Assembly (NCBI GenBank): GCA_963827015.1
Contig: CAWGZI010000008.1
Coordinates: 5,384-69,383 of the forward strand
Origin: an uncultured Gaiellaceae bacterium
GTDB lineage: Bacteria > Actinomycetota > Thermoleophilia > Gaiellales > Gaiellaceae
Length of the DNA stretch: 64,000 nucleotides
Direction: 5' to 3'
Shown here in pieces: positions 40,926 through 56,252 of the stretch. Both the position numbers and the translations under genes were made by a program. Positions within the stretch are counted from its first letter, which is position 1. Each line of letters opens with the position of its first letter. The notes beneath the pieces are model-generated. The model was not told where the DNA came from and made no database searches. It worked only from the letters and a program-made list of their open reading frames with translations.

Positions 40926-41374
40926 TGGCGATTCTCCCGAACCCGCCCCTGACGCCGCTTGCGGAGGCCGGAGACGTCGACGACCACCGCGTCGGCTCGG
41001 TCTGGTCGGGACCGCTCGTCGATCCACGCTCGTCGAGCGCCTACGTACGCGACCTCTGCGTGATCCTCGAGCGGATCGCGCCGGGCGAGAGCATCCCGCT
41101 CCACCGCCACGGGATCGACGAGGCGATCGTGGTCGAGTCGGGTGAGGTCGAGCTACGGCTCGGCGACGAGACTCGGGTCGTCAGCGGTCGCTCGGCCGCG
41201 TTCGTCCCGGCCGGGGTCGCACACGGCGCGCGGAACGTCGGCCCGGAGGACGTCGTCTACACGGCATTCTTCCCGTCGACGGTAATCGACATCGAGTACC
41301 TGGAACGCAACCCGGCGCCGGGCACCGAGGACGACCCGCCGCAGCCGGCTGTGGTCTACGACGCGAGGTCGTAG
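40925..41374 (+). CDS. Cupin-domain protein
   Basis: ATG at 40925 overlapping the Nif3 TGA, 149 aa. SIPLHRHGIDEAIVVESGEVEL...AGVAHGARN. Confidence 0.72.
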   Translation: MAILPNPPLTPLAEAGDVDDHRVGSVWSGPLVDPRSSSAYVRDLCVILERIAPGESIPLHRHGIDEAIVVESGEVELRLGDETRVVSGRSAAFVPAGVAHGARNVGPEDVVYTAFFPSTVIDIEYLERNPAPGTEDDPPQPAVVYDARS

Positions 41375-42133
41375 AGCGCGTCGAGGACGGCGTGCGGCCG
41401 CTCGACGATCACGAGGTGGCCGCAGTCGGCCACGATCCGCAGCTTCGCGCGCAGCCTGCGGGTGTACTCGAAGGCGGCCTCCAGCGGCAGCTGCATGTCG
41501 CGGGCGCCCCAGAGCACGACGACCGGGCAGGTGACGCCGGCGAGGTCGCGGCGGGGGTCGTCGGCGACCATCGCGCGCCCGGCCGCCCTCGTGCTCGTGT
41601 GCCGGCCCTGGTCTCCGAGAAGGCCGTGCGTCGCGCGCGGGCTCAGCGAGACCGGATCGGAGACGAACCACGGCCGGAAGACGACCCGCCGGTACCACAC
41701 GCGCTCCGCCCAGCGGTGCCGAAAGCGGGCGACCGCCCGGCCGGGGCGGAGCGTCGTCGCGGCGATCACGGTCGCCTCGACCCTGCGCGAGCTGGTCGCG
41801 ATCCCCGCGGGCGAGACGAGCAGGAGCGCGCGGACGAGCTCGGGGCTGCGGTGCGCCAGCCTGAGCGCCACGAGGCCGCCGAACGAGTGCCCCGCCACGA
41901 GCGCAGTCTCCACGTGCTCCGCAGCGAGCACGCCGGCCACGGCGTCCGCGAAGTCGTCCATCGTCGCGCCTCGGCGCAGCGGCGGCGACGCCGCATGACC
42001 GGGAAGGTCGACCACGAGCACCCGGTGGCGCTGCCACGAGCTCCGGGAGCACCTCGACCCAGTTCTCGCCCGAGCCACCGAGCCCGTGGACGAGCAGGAG
42101 CGGCTCACCCTCGCCGCCGACCCGGTAATGCAC
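41356..42133 (-). CDS. Alpha/beta-fold hydrolase (apparent +1 frameshift near 42030; 5' end uncertain)
   Basis: ORF 41153..42133 starts VHYRVGGEGEPLLLVHGLGGSGENWVEVLPEL. ORF 41356..42477 continues RHRVLVVDLPGH...VAGHSFGG (nucleophile elbow)...DCGHLV. An ATG at about 42204 in a third frame (MTLEGYVARMTSAIDPRTEAG) may be the true start via one more indel. Confidence 0.72.
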
Positions 42134-42262
42134 GGCTCCGGCCCGCCTCGGTTCGAGGGTCGATTGCAGACGTCATCCGCGCAACGTATCCTTCGAGAGT
42201 CATGGCGACCTTGGGGACGCGGGCCCGTTGATTCCCGCGACAAACGAGCGAGCGATGTCCGA

Positions 42263-42303
42263 GCCCGCCTGAGCGCAGCAATCGTGCGCCCAGCGGGCTT
42301 TTT
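42263..42303 (+). terminator. Intrinsic-terminator-like structure: two-tier hairpin GCCCGC..GCGCA-GCAATCG-TGCGC..GCGGGC followed by TTTTT
   Basis: Read from the sequence. A 5-T run directly after a GC stem is rare in this GC-rich window. No plus-strand CDS ends nearby, and the next plus-strand gene starts 30 nt downstream. Confidence 0.45.
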
Positions 42304-43403
42304 CATTGCCGCGAGACGGAGGAGGCAGACCGATGGCGAATCATCTGACGCCCGATGAGCTTTCGAAGGAGCTCGGCATCGACCGGCAGGAAGTGATTCG
42401 GGTGTGCATCGAAGAAGGCGTGCCCATCTACCAGGGCAAGATCGACAAGACCCTCTTTGCGGCCCAGCTGCAGGCAATCGGGGCGATGCCCCAGCGGCGC
42501 AGCTCCTAGCGGCCCCAGCGATCTCTCATCGCGCGCCGCTGTTTTCTTCGGCCGCGCGGAGGCCTTCTTCGGCGCCGCCTTCTTCTTGGCGGCGCCGTCA
42601 CCGGCCTTGGCCGACTTGGCCTCCTCGACGCTGCGGCGGAGCGCCTCCATCAGGTCGACGACCGGCGCGTCCTCGACCGGCTCCGGCGCCGCGGCGATCT
42701 CCTCGCCCGCGAGCTTCGCCTCGAGCAGCGCGCGCAGGTCGCGGCGGTAGTCGCTCTGGAGGTCGGACGGGTCGAAGTCGCCCGAAAGGCTGTCGATCAC
42801 CTGCTGGGCGAGCGCGAGCTCGGGCCCCTTGACCGAGGTCTCCTCGACCGCCTCCTCGATCTCCGCCTGCGAGTAGACGTCGGCGGAGAGGAAGAGCGTC
42901 TCGAGCGCGAGCGCGTCGCCCTTCGGCCGGATCAGGCAGAGCTTCTCCTTCCCCTGCTGGACGAAGCGGCCGAGCGCGGCCATCCCGCTCTCGCGCATCG
43001 CGTTCAGCAGCAGCACGTACGGCCGCCGCGCCGCGGTCGCCTGCGCGGGAACGAGGAAGTAGGTGCGGTCGAAGAAGATCGGATCGACCTGGCTCGCGTC
43101 GACGAAGCGGCTGATCTCGATCGAGCGGGAGTCGTCCCGGTTCTGGAGCGCCTCGATCTCCTCGTCCTCGACGACGACGAACTGGCCCTTTGCGACCTCC
43201 CAGCCCTTGACGATCTCGTCCGGGCCGAGATCGCGCTCGTGCACCGGGCAGAAGCGCTTCTGCTTGATCGGCGTCCCGCACTCGCGGTGCAGCATCCGGA
43301 AGGACACGTCGGACGCGCGCGCAGCAGGCTTGGTCGCCGGGGCGAGGCCCACGGGGATCGAGACGAGTCCGAAGCTGATCGAGCCGTTCCAGGTCGTGCG
43401 CAT
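42303..43403 (-). CDS. ku: Ku protein (NHEJ DNA-end binding); C-terminal end uncertain
   Basis: ATG at 43403 (residue 26 of ORF 42303..43478): MRTTWNGSISFGLVSIPVGLAPA...FCPVH...YFLVP, and a Lys/Ala-rich tail ...AAKKKAAPKKASARPKK. The last ~70 track codons read antisense through ORF 42333..42509 and look non-protein-like. One extra A in the A4 run (plus-strand TTTT 42542..42545) would place the stop at 42506..42508. Confidence 0.85.
   Translation of the reverse strand: MRTTWNGSISFGLVSIPVGLAPATKPAARASDVSFRMLHRECGTPIKQKRFCPVHERDLGPDEIVKGWEVAKGQFVVVEDEEIEALQNRDDSRSIEISRFVDASQVDPIFFDRTYFLVPAQATAARRPYVLLLNAMRESGMAALGRFVQQGKEKLCLIRPKGDALALETLFLSADVYSQAEIEEAVEETSVKGPELALAQQVIDSLSGDFDPSDLQSDYRRDLRALLEAKLAGEEIAAAPEPVEDAPVVDLMEALRRSVEEAKSAKAGDGAAKKKAAPKKASARPKKTAARDERSLGPLGAAPLGHRPDCLQLGRKEGLVDLALVDGHAFFDAHPNHFLPVDAELLRKLIGRQMIRHRSASSVSRQ
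42333..42509 (+). CDS. Small (58-aa) helix-turn-helix protein, excisionase/MerR-like pattern
   Basis: ATG at 42333 with GGAGGAGG 7 nt upstream. MANHLTPDELSKELGIDRQEVIRVCIEEGVPIYQGKIDKTLF... About 80 percent G/C at third positions. Convergent with Ku. Confidence 0.55.
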   Translation: MANHLTPDELSKELGIDRQEVIRVCIEEGVPIYQGKIDKTLFAAQLQAIGAMPQRRSS

Positions 43404-43476
43404 GTGCACCTTCAGTTTAGAGGGACCGCAACGATTCGCCCTTTCCGACGACATCCCTTCTCCATAAAGTGCGTCC

Positions 43477-45269
43477 ATGGCCGAGAAGCGGACGATCGAA
43501 CGACTCTGGCGCGACGCGGCTGCGGCGAACCGGACGACACCGGCCTACCTGGTCCAGGACGGGGACGACTGGCGCCCGCTGTCGTGGGCCGAGGCGGCTG
43601 CACGCGTCGAGAGCTACGCGAACGGGCTGCTGGCCCTCGGCGTCCGCAAGGGCGACGCGTTCGCGATCCTCGGCTCGAGCCGCGTCGAGTGGGCCCTCTT
43701 CGACTTCGCGCTCGGCTCGATCGGCGCGATCGGAGCGGCGATCTACGCCAACAGCTCGCCGAAGGACGCCGGCTACATCCTCGAGCACTCCGAGTCGATC
43801 GGCGTGCTCTGCGAGGACGAGGCCCAGCGCGCGAAGGTGGAGTCCGTGCGCGGCGGGAATCCCGCGGCTGCGGCACGTGCTCACGTACGCCGACCTGGAC
43901 GATCTGGCGGCGCGGGGGCGCGCGTACGCGGCCGAGCACCCGAACGCGCTGCGCGAGGCGGGCGAGCGGATCGAGGAGGACGACCTCTTCACCTACATCT
44001 ACACGTCGGGGACGACCGGCCCGCCGAAGGGCTGCATGATCTCGCACCGCAACTACTACGCGATGGTCGCGGTCGTCGACGACCTGCCGAGCTTCACCGG
44101 ACCCGAGGACACGATGCTGCTCTACCTGCCGCTCGCCCACAACTTCGGGCGGCTGATGCACCTCTCCGGCGCCTACGTCGGCTACGCGATCGCGTTCCTG
44201 CCCGACCCGCTCCAGGCCGCCGCGGCACTGCCGGCGGTGAAGCCGACCGTCTTCCCGAGCGTGCCGCGCGTCTACGAGAAGGTCCACACCGCCGTCGTCG
44301 CCAAGTTCGACGCCGAGACGGGCGTCAAGCGGAGGCTGATCGACTGGGCGCTCGGCGTCGGCCGGCGCGTCAGCGAGCTCCGGCGTGCCGGCGAGCCCGT
44401 GCCGCGCGGCGCTGCTGGTGCAGCACCGGCTGGCCGACCGGCTCGTCTACTCGAAGGTGAAGGAGCGGCTCGGCGGCAGGCTGCGGCTCGCGATCTCGGG
44501 CGGGGCACCGCTCTCGGCGGAGATCGCCGAGTTCTTCCACGCGATCGACATCCTCCTCGTCGAGGGCTACGGCCTGACCGAGTGCACGACCGCCGCCTCG
44601 ACGAACACGCACGAGGCCTTCCGCTTCGGCACGGTCGGTCGCCCCTTGCCCGGCACCGAGGTCAAGGTGGCGGAGGACGGAGAGCTGCTGATCAAGAGCG
44701 AGACCGTCTTCCAGGGCTACTACAAGGATCCCGAGGCGACCGCGGAGGTGCTCGGCGACGACGGCTGGCTCCGCTCCGGCGACATCGCCACGATCGACGA
44801 CGACGGCTTCATCACGATCACCGACCGCAAGAAGGACATCATCGTCACGGCCGGCGGCAAGAACGTCGCGCCGCAGAACCTCGAGAACGACCTCAAGGCC
44901 TCGAAGTTCGTCTCGCAGGCGATGGTCGTCGGCGACCGGCAGCCCTACGTCGCCGCGCTGATCACGCTCGACCCGGAGGCGCTGCCCGCGTGGGCCGCCG
45001 AGCGCGGGCTGCCGACCGAGATGGCGAGCCTCGCGGCGACCGACGAGGTCCGCGAGCTCGTCCAGGGGATCGTCGACGAGGTCAACGCCGACCGCTCCCG
45101 CTACGAGCAGATCAAGCGCTTCACGATCCTGCCGCGCGACTTCACGATGGACGACGACGAGCTGACGCCGACGCTGAAGCTCAAGCGCCGGGTCGTCGCC
45201 GAGCACTTCGCCGCCGAGCTCGGCGAGCTCTACGAGGGCGAGACGCTGAACCAGGCCGCCGGCATCTGA
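43477..45269 (+). CDS. fadD: Long-chain fatty-acid--CoA ligase (AMP-dependent synthetase); two apparent +1 frameshifts (about 43857 and 44406)
   Basis: Three track pieces (43477..44460, 43469..45373, 44385..45269) join as ...VESVRGG|IPRLRHVLTY...YTSGTTGPPKG...GEPVPR|ALLVQHRLADRLVY...GYGLTE...SGDIATIDDDGFITITDRKKD...GKNVAP. Confidence 0.85.
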
Positions 45270-45308
45270 GCCGGAACCGACTCGCTCGTCGCGACCGCGG
45301 CCGGCGGC

Positions 45309-46461
45309 TTAGATACGCCGCGCGCCGACCCAGGTGGTCGCGTACCAGGAGTCGGAGAGGCTGGAGATCTTGACGACGTCGCCGGTGTGCGGCGCGTGGA
45401 TGAACTGGCCGCCGCCGATGTAGATCCCGCATGGCCGAGGCCGTTGAAGAAGACGAGGTCGCCCGGCTGGAGCTGGTCTCTCGAGACCGGCGTCCCCATC
45501 CCGTACTGCGAGGCGGCGTGGTGCGGGAGCGAGACGCCGACCTGCGCGTAGACGTACATGATCAGCCCGGAGCAGTCGAAGCCCGACGGGCTCGCGCCGC
45601 CCCAGACGTAGGGGACGCCGAGGTACTGCATCGCGATCCCGACGACGCCGCCGTAGCGGGCGTCCGGCGCCGGCGCGATCGCTTCGGCGGGCGAGTCCGA
45701 CTGGACGAGCGCCTCGGGTGCGGCCTCCTCGGACGGGGCCTGCTGTGCGGCCCGGAAGCGCGCCTGCGCCTGGGCGGCGAGCCGCTCCTGCCGGCGCCGC
45801 TCGGCAGCCTCGAGGCTCGCGATCTGATCCTTGATCGACGAGAGCAGGCGCTGGCGCTCGGCGAGCTGGCCCTCGATCGAGCTGCGCTGCGCCGCCTTGT
45901 CGGCGACGACCTGCACCTGCGCCTTCTTGGCCCGCTCGAGCCGCCCCTTCGCGCTCGATCACCTGCGCGCGGAAGCTCTTGACCTCGCGCAGCACGCGGG
46001 CGTCCTGCTCCGAGACCCTGTCGACCGCGTCGAGCCGGTTGAGCAGGTCGTCGATCGACTTCGCCCCGAGGAGGACTTCGATCGTGCCGCCGTCACCGCC
46101 GTTCGTGTACAGGGCGACGAGGCGCTCGGAGAGATGCCCCTGCGCGGCCTTCAGGCTCGTCCGCGCGATGGTCAGATGCCGCGAGTTCGTCTTCAGCTCG
46201 GCCTCGGATCCGGTCGAGCTTCACGTTGGCGAGGTTGTAGGACTCGATCGCGTGCGAGAGCTGCCCGTCGATCTCCTGGATCTGCGCGAGCACGCTCTGC
46301 GCCTCGGCGCGTTTCGCCGAAATCGAGGGATCCGCGGCGGCCGTGTTCACGGACGCCAGCGCCACGGCCACGGAAAGCGGCCGTGAGCAGCGTGAGGATC
46401 GCCGGCGCCTTACTCGAGCTCGACCGGATCAGGGCAGCGTCCGTTCGAGGTCGTGCGGCAC
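45309..46461 (-). pseudogene. Secreted coiled-coil NlpC/P60 (C40) peptidoglycan endopeptidase, RipA-like architecture; at least four indels (about 46372, 46206, 45950, 45430); 5' end unresolved
   Basis: Pieces 46093..46371, 45309..45995 and 45230..45916 chain into signal peptide, long coiled coil and C40 domain: YVWGGASPSGFDCSGLIMYVY...LVFFNGLGH|GIYIGGGQFIHAPHTGD. No ATG/GTG/TTG lies in the signal-peptide frame. The GTG at 46461 needs one more indel. Confidence 0.72.
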
Positions 46462-46619
46462 CCCGGTGGGGGCCAGGTCCGTCACAAGTCGCGCACCCTA
46501 GCAGCCCTGCCGGACGCCTGCAACGCTCAACAGAGCCAAAAACGCCCCCACGCAGGTACCCCCTTCACGAAGCACAAACAACCGCATCGGGGACGAGAAG
46601 TTGCTACGGTCCGCGCCTC

Positions 46620-47665
46620 GTGGAAGCGCACTCGACGAGCGACGCGGCGCGTTTCGCAGCCGTTTTCACGGGTCTGCTGCTGCTCGCATCCGTGCCCGGT
46701 CGCCCTCGCGGCCGATGCGACGCGGTCTTCGCAGCCAGGCGGCAGGCCTGAGAGCCCACTCCGGGACGCTCGAGGCACGGGCGGCGTCGGCGACGCTCGA
46801 GCTCTACTCGCTCGAGGCCGAGCTCGGCCGCGTGCCGGACGGAGCTCGCGAGCATCCAGTCCGAGCGGGCTGCGCTCGCCCGCGAACAGGCCTCCGCACC
46901 GCACGCAGCTGGCGGTGGCGAGGCGGGCCGTGTCGGCCTCCCAGACCGAGCTCGGCCGGCATCGTCCGCGCCCTCTACCAGCAGCCCGGCGACGATCCGC
47001 TCGCGATCGTGCTCGGAGCCCGGTCGCTCGACGAAGCCCTGACCGCGACTCGACGGGATCAGCCGCGCCGCCGGGCACAACAACCGGATCATCGAGCAGG
47101 CGCGCGCCGCCCGGCAGCGGCTCGCCGGGCTCGACGCGCGGCTCGCCGAGCGCGCGCGGGAGCTCGACGGCTCGCCGCGGCCGGCCGAGGCGCGCACCGC
47201 CGCACTCGCGGCGTCGGCGACGGAGCGGCAGCGGTTCATCAGCGGCCTCCGGCGCCAGCAGGGGCTGAACGCCGCTCGGATCGCGTCGATCCAGACGCAG
47301 GCACGCGCGGCCGAAGCCCGCACGCTCTCCCTGGCCGCAGCCGCCCCGGCGCCGCCGCTCGCCCCGATCGAGGTCGCAGCGCCGCTCGCCACCTCGTCCG
47401 GGCCGCGCACGCTCACCGTCAGCGCGACCGGCTACTCGATCCGAGGCAGGACCGCGACCGGGATGCCGACCGCACCCGGCGTCGTCGCGGTCGACCCGTC
47501 GGTGATCCCGCTCGGCACGCGCCTGCACGCATCCCGGGCTACGGCGACGGGGTCGCCGCCGACACCGGCGGCGCCGTCCAGGGCAACACGATCGACGTCT
47601 GGTTCCCCACGGCCGCGCAGGCGCTCCAGTGGGGTCGACGGACGGTCGTCATCACCTTGCACTAG
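46620..47665 (+). pseudogene. Secreted coiled-coil protein with C-terminal 3D (MltA-like) domain; about seven indels (about 46697, 46735, 46835, 46899, 46959, 47048, 47528)
   Basis: GTG at 46620 opens the signal peptide AARFAAVFTGLLLLASVP|VALAADA. The frame steps by +1 six times through a coiled coil (LELYSLEAELGRV|RTELASIQSERAAL...). It ends TVSATGYSIRGRTATGMPTAPGVVAVDPSVIPLGTRLH|IPGYGDGVAADTGGAVQGNTIDVWF. Confidence 0.7.
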
Positions 47666-47752
47666 TAGACTCAGCGCCTGCCGAGCCGAGGAGGGCAGTG
47701 CCGCTGGACGAGACAGCGACGGATCGAGAACGGAGGCTCGCACGCGATCCGC

Positions 47753-48387
47753 GTGCTCCTGGTCGACGACCACGATCTCTTCCGCACCGGCCTCCGCAAC
47801 CTGCTCGAGGAGCAGGGCGTCGACGATCGTCGCCGAGGCGTCCAGCGGCTCCGAGGCGCTGCAGCACGTCCGGGAGTCCGCGCCCGACGTCGTCGTCATG
47901 GACCTGAACATGCCGGGCATGACCGGCGTCGAGGCGACCCGGCACATCAGCCGGGACGCTCCCCTGACACGCGTCGTCGTGCTCACGATCTCCGACCAGG
48001 AGCAGGACGTGATGGACGCGATCCTCGCCGGCGCCTGCGGCTACCTGCTCAAGGACGCGTCGATCCAGGAGCTGATGCAGGGGCTCGAGTCCGCCGCCGT
48101 CGGCGAGTCGCTGATCTCGTCCGCACATCGCGGGCAAGGTGCTCCAGCACGTCCGGGCGACGACCGCGGCGCCGGAGGCGGCCGCGACGATCCGGACGGA
48201 GCTCTCCGATCGCGAGATCCAGGTGCTGAAGCTGATCGCGAACGGCAAGGACAACGCGGTGATCGCCGGCGAGCTCCACATCAGCCCGAAGACGGTCAAG
48301 AACCACATCTCGAACATCCTGATGAAGCTCCAGATCGAGAACCGGATCCAGGCCGCCGTCTACGCGGTCCGGTCGGGGATCGTCTAG
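47753..48387 (+). CDS. NarL/LuxR-family response regulator (two apparent +1 frameshifts, about 47822 and 48122)
   Basis: Pieces 47753..48229, 47463..49178 and 48139..48387: VLLVDDHDLF...VVVMDLNMPGMTG...VLTISD..., then the LuxR HTH LSDREIQVLKLIANGKDNAVIAGELHISPKTVKNHISNILMKL. No histidine kinase lies in the window. Confidence 0.85.
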
Positions 48388-48663
48388 CCGAGGGCTTGCG
48401 CGCGCAGGGAGGCAAGCATGGCGCGGACGCCCGCCAGCTCCTGATCAGCGTTCGCGAGCCGGACGGTCAGCTCGCTGATCTCGTTCCGGTTCGATCGCGC
48501 ATCGGAGCGCAGGAGCGCCCGCAGGTTGCGCTCGATCCGCAGCCGCTCCCGCTCGAGGTCGAGCGCGTAGGCGTACCCGCTCGTCAGCGTGTCCTCGACG
48601 TCGGCGCGCGGCGGCAGCTCGGCCGCCTGCGGGCAGGTCGAGCAGCGACCGGATCTCGGCCAT
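48384..48663 (-). CDS. Small coiled-coil hypothetical protein (apparent +1 frameshift near 48625)
   Basis: ATG at 48663: MAEIRSLLDLPAG. The adjacent frame continues AELPPRADVEDTLTSGYAYALDLERERLRIERNLRALLRSDARSNRNEISELTVRLANADQELAGVRAMLASLRAQALG. Its stop shares CTAG with the response-regulator stop. Confidence 0.45.
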
Positions 48664-48723
48664 CACCCCGGGAAGGCGATCGTCCACAGCTCTTCGATTA
48701 TCGGGCCGGCGCGAGCGCGCGAC

Positions 48724-54622
<5,899 letters not shown>

Positions 54623-54625
54623 CGC

Positions 54626-54945
54626 TCAGGCGGCGTCGACGACGAGCGTCAGGCCGTCGACCTCGCGGATCACGACCGCCTCACCGACGTCGGCGCCGGA
54701 TCGCAGCGCGCCTGCCAGATCTCGCCGGCGACGCGCACCTGTCCCTGCGGTCGGCAGGTGACCGAGACGACCGCTCTCCGGCCGACGAGCGTCTCCGTGC
54801 CGACAGCGGTCTGCCGCCGCTTCGACCACCAGACGAACAGGCCCGTCTCGGCGAGCTCGAGGGTCGCGCCGCCGGCGACGACGACCCAGCTCCAGGGCTC
54901 CTCGAGGACGAAGATCCCGAGCAGCAGCGAGAAGAGGAGGATCAC
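54626..54945 (-). CDS. Short NfeD-like membrane/OB-fold protein (apparent -1 frameshift near 54700)
   Basis: GTG at 54945 (GTGA overlap with the upstream stop). Two TM helices, then GTETLVGRRAVVSVTCRPQGQVRVAGEIWQARC|SGADVGEAVVIREVDGLTLVVDAA, joining ORFs 54670..55302 and 54626..54829. Confidence 0.55.
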
Positions 54946-55302
54946 GGGCTGCTCGTCCGCTCGAGCAGCTCGAACCGGCGCCCGTCGGGGGCGCGAAAGT
55001 GGCGGTACCGGAACCCGTAGCCCGTGTTCAGCTCGCCGTCCGGCTCGACTCCCTCGCCTCGCCAGCTCGACGGTCGCTGCCTCGACGTCGTCGACGAGGA
55101 AGCCGAGCACCGTGTCCGACGGCGGCTGCACGTAGTCGGGCGGCACGAGCGCGAGCGAGCTGCCGTTCGCGAACAGCAGCCGCTGCACGTCGCCGGACAC
55201 CTCGAGCTCGGCCCCGAGCGCGTCGGCGAGGAAGCGGGCGACGCCCTCGTGGTCGGGGCTGCCGACGCCGGCGAAGACAAGTCCCTCGACGCGCATGCTC
55301 AT
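54942..55302 (-). CDS. VOC (glyoxalase/bleomycin-resistance/dioxygenase) family protein (apparent +1 frameshift near 55059)
   Basis: ATG at 55302: MSMRVEGLVFAGVGSPDHEGVARFLADALG...LGFLVDDVEAATVELA. The adjacent frame (ORF 54942..55280) continues GEGVEPDGELNTGYGFRYRHFRAPDGRRFELLE. Confidence 0.68.
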
Positions 55303-55313
55303 AGGATGCCGGG

Positions 55314-56190
55314 ATGCGCCTCGCGTTGATGATCGAGGGCCAGGAAGGCGTCTCGTGGGAGGACTGGCTCGCGCTCGCGCGGGCGTGCGAGGAGCACGGC
55401 GTCGAGGCGCTCTTCCGCTCCGACCACTACCTCTCGCCGACGGACGGCGCTCGTCCGGCGCTGGACGCGTGGGCGGTGATCCCTGCGCTCGCGGCGCAGA
55501 CGACTCGGCTCGAGCTCGGCACGCTCGTCTCGCCCGTCACCTTCCGCGCCGCCGCCGTCCTCGCGAACGCCTCTGCGACGGCGAACGAGATCGGCGCCGG
55601 CCGCGTCTCGCTCGGCATGGGCACGGGCTGGATGGAGGCCGAGCACGAGGCGTTCGGCTTTCCGTTCCCGGAGATGAAGACGCGCCTGGCGTGGCTGGAA
55701 GAGCAGCTCGAGGCGGTGCGGCGCTTCTGGGGCGACCGGCCCCAGCCGCATCTGATCGTCGGCGGCAGCGGCCTCTCCGGGCACGCTCCGCCCGGCCGCG
55801 AGGTGGGCGGACGAGTACAACACCATCTTCGCGACGCCGGAGGAGTGCGCCGAGCGGCGCGAGAAGCTCGTACGCGCCTGTGAGCGCGAGGGCCGCGCAC
55901 GCGATCCCGCTCTCGCTGATGACCGCCTGCGCGATCGGCGGACGCCGGAGGAGGCGCGGGAGCGCGATCCGCCGCCGCCTGGAGCGAGCCGGCCAGACCG
56001 TCGACCCGGACGAGTACAGGGCCTCGCGCGGGCGCGGCGTCGGTCCTGGGCACGCTCGAAGAGGCGGCCGAGCAGCTGCGCGCCTACGAGACGCGCCGGC
56101 GTCGAGCGCGTCATGCTGCAGCACCTCGACCACCGCGACCTGGAGATGGTCGAGCTGATCGGCCAGGAGCTCGCGCCGACGGTCGCCTAG
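55314..56190 (+). pseudogene. Luciferase-like (LLM class, probably F420-dependent) oxidoreductase; about six indels (about 55772, 55897, 55940, 55962, 56040, 56092)
   Basis: ORF 55314..55883 gives MRLALMIEGQEGVSWEDWLALARACEEHGVEALFRSDHY...LGMGTGW. The rest is recoverable only by frame hopping: [32 protein letters not shown]..., [65 protein letters not shown]. Confidence 0.78.
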
Positions 56191-56252
56191 CGAGAGGTTC
56201 GCACGCGATTTGCGGCCCGCGAAGCGGCCGCCCTTCAGGGGTTTTGCGCAGG

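Noticed and set aside
42303-45269. A Ku-LigD non-homologous end-joining operon
   Set aside because: The gene next to ku is an AMP-dependent fatty-acid CoA ligase (YTSGTTGPPKG motif), not an ATP-dependent DNA ligase. No LigD polymerase, ligase or nuclease domain occurs in the window.
56212-56231. Hairpin GCGGCC-N8-GGCCGC between the LLM oxidoreductase and rplQ as an intrinsic terminator
   Set aside because: It has only a 6-bp stem. The nearest T-run (GGGGTTTT) is about 10 nt away on the plus strand, and nothing T-rich follows on the minus strand. This is too weak to call.
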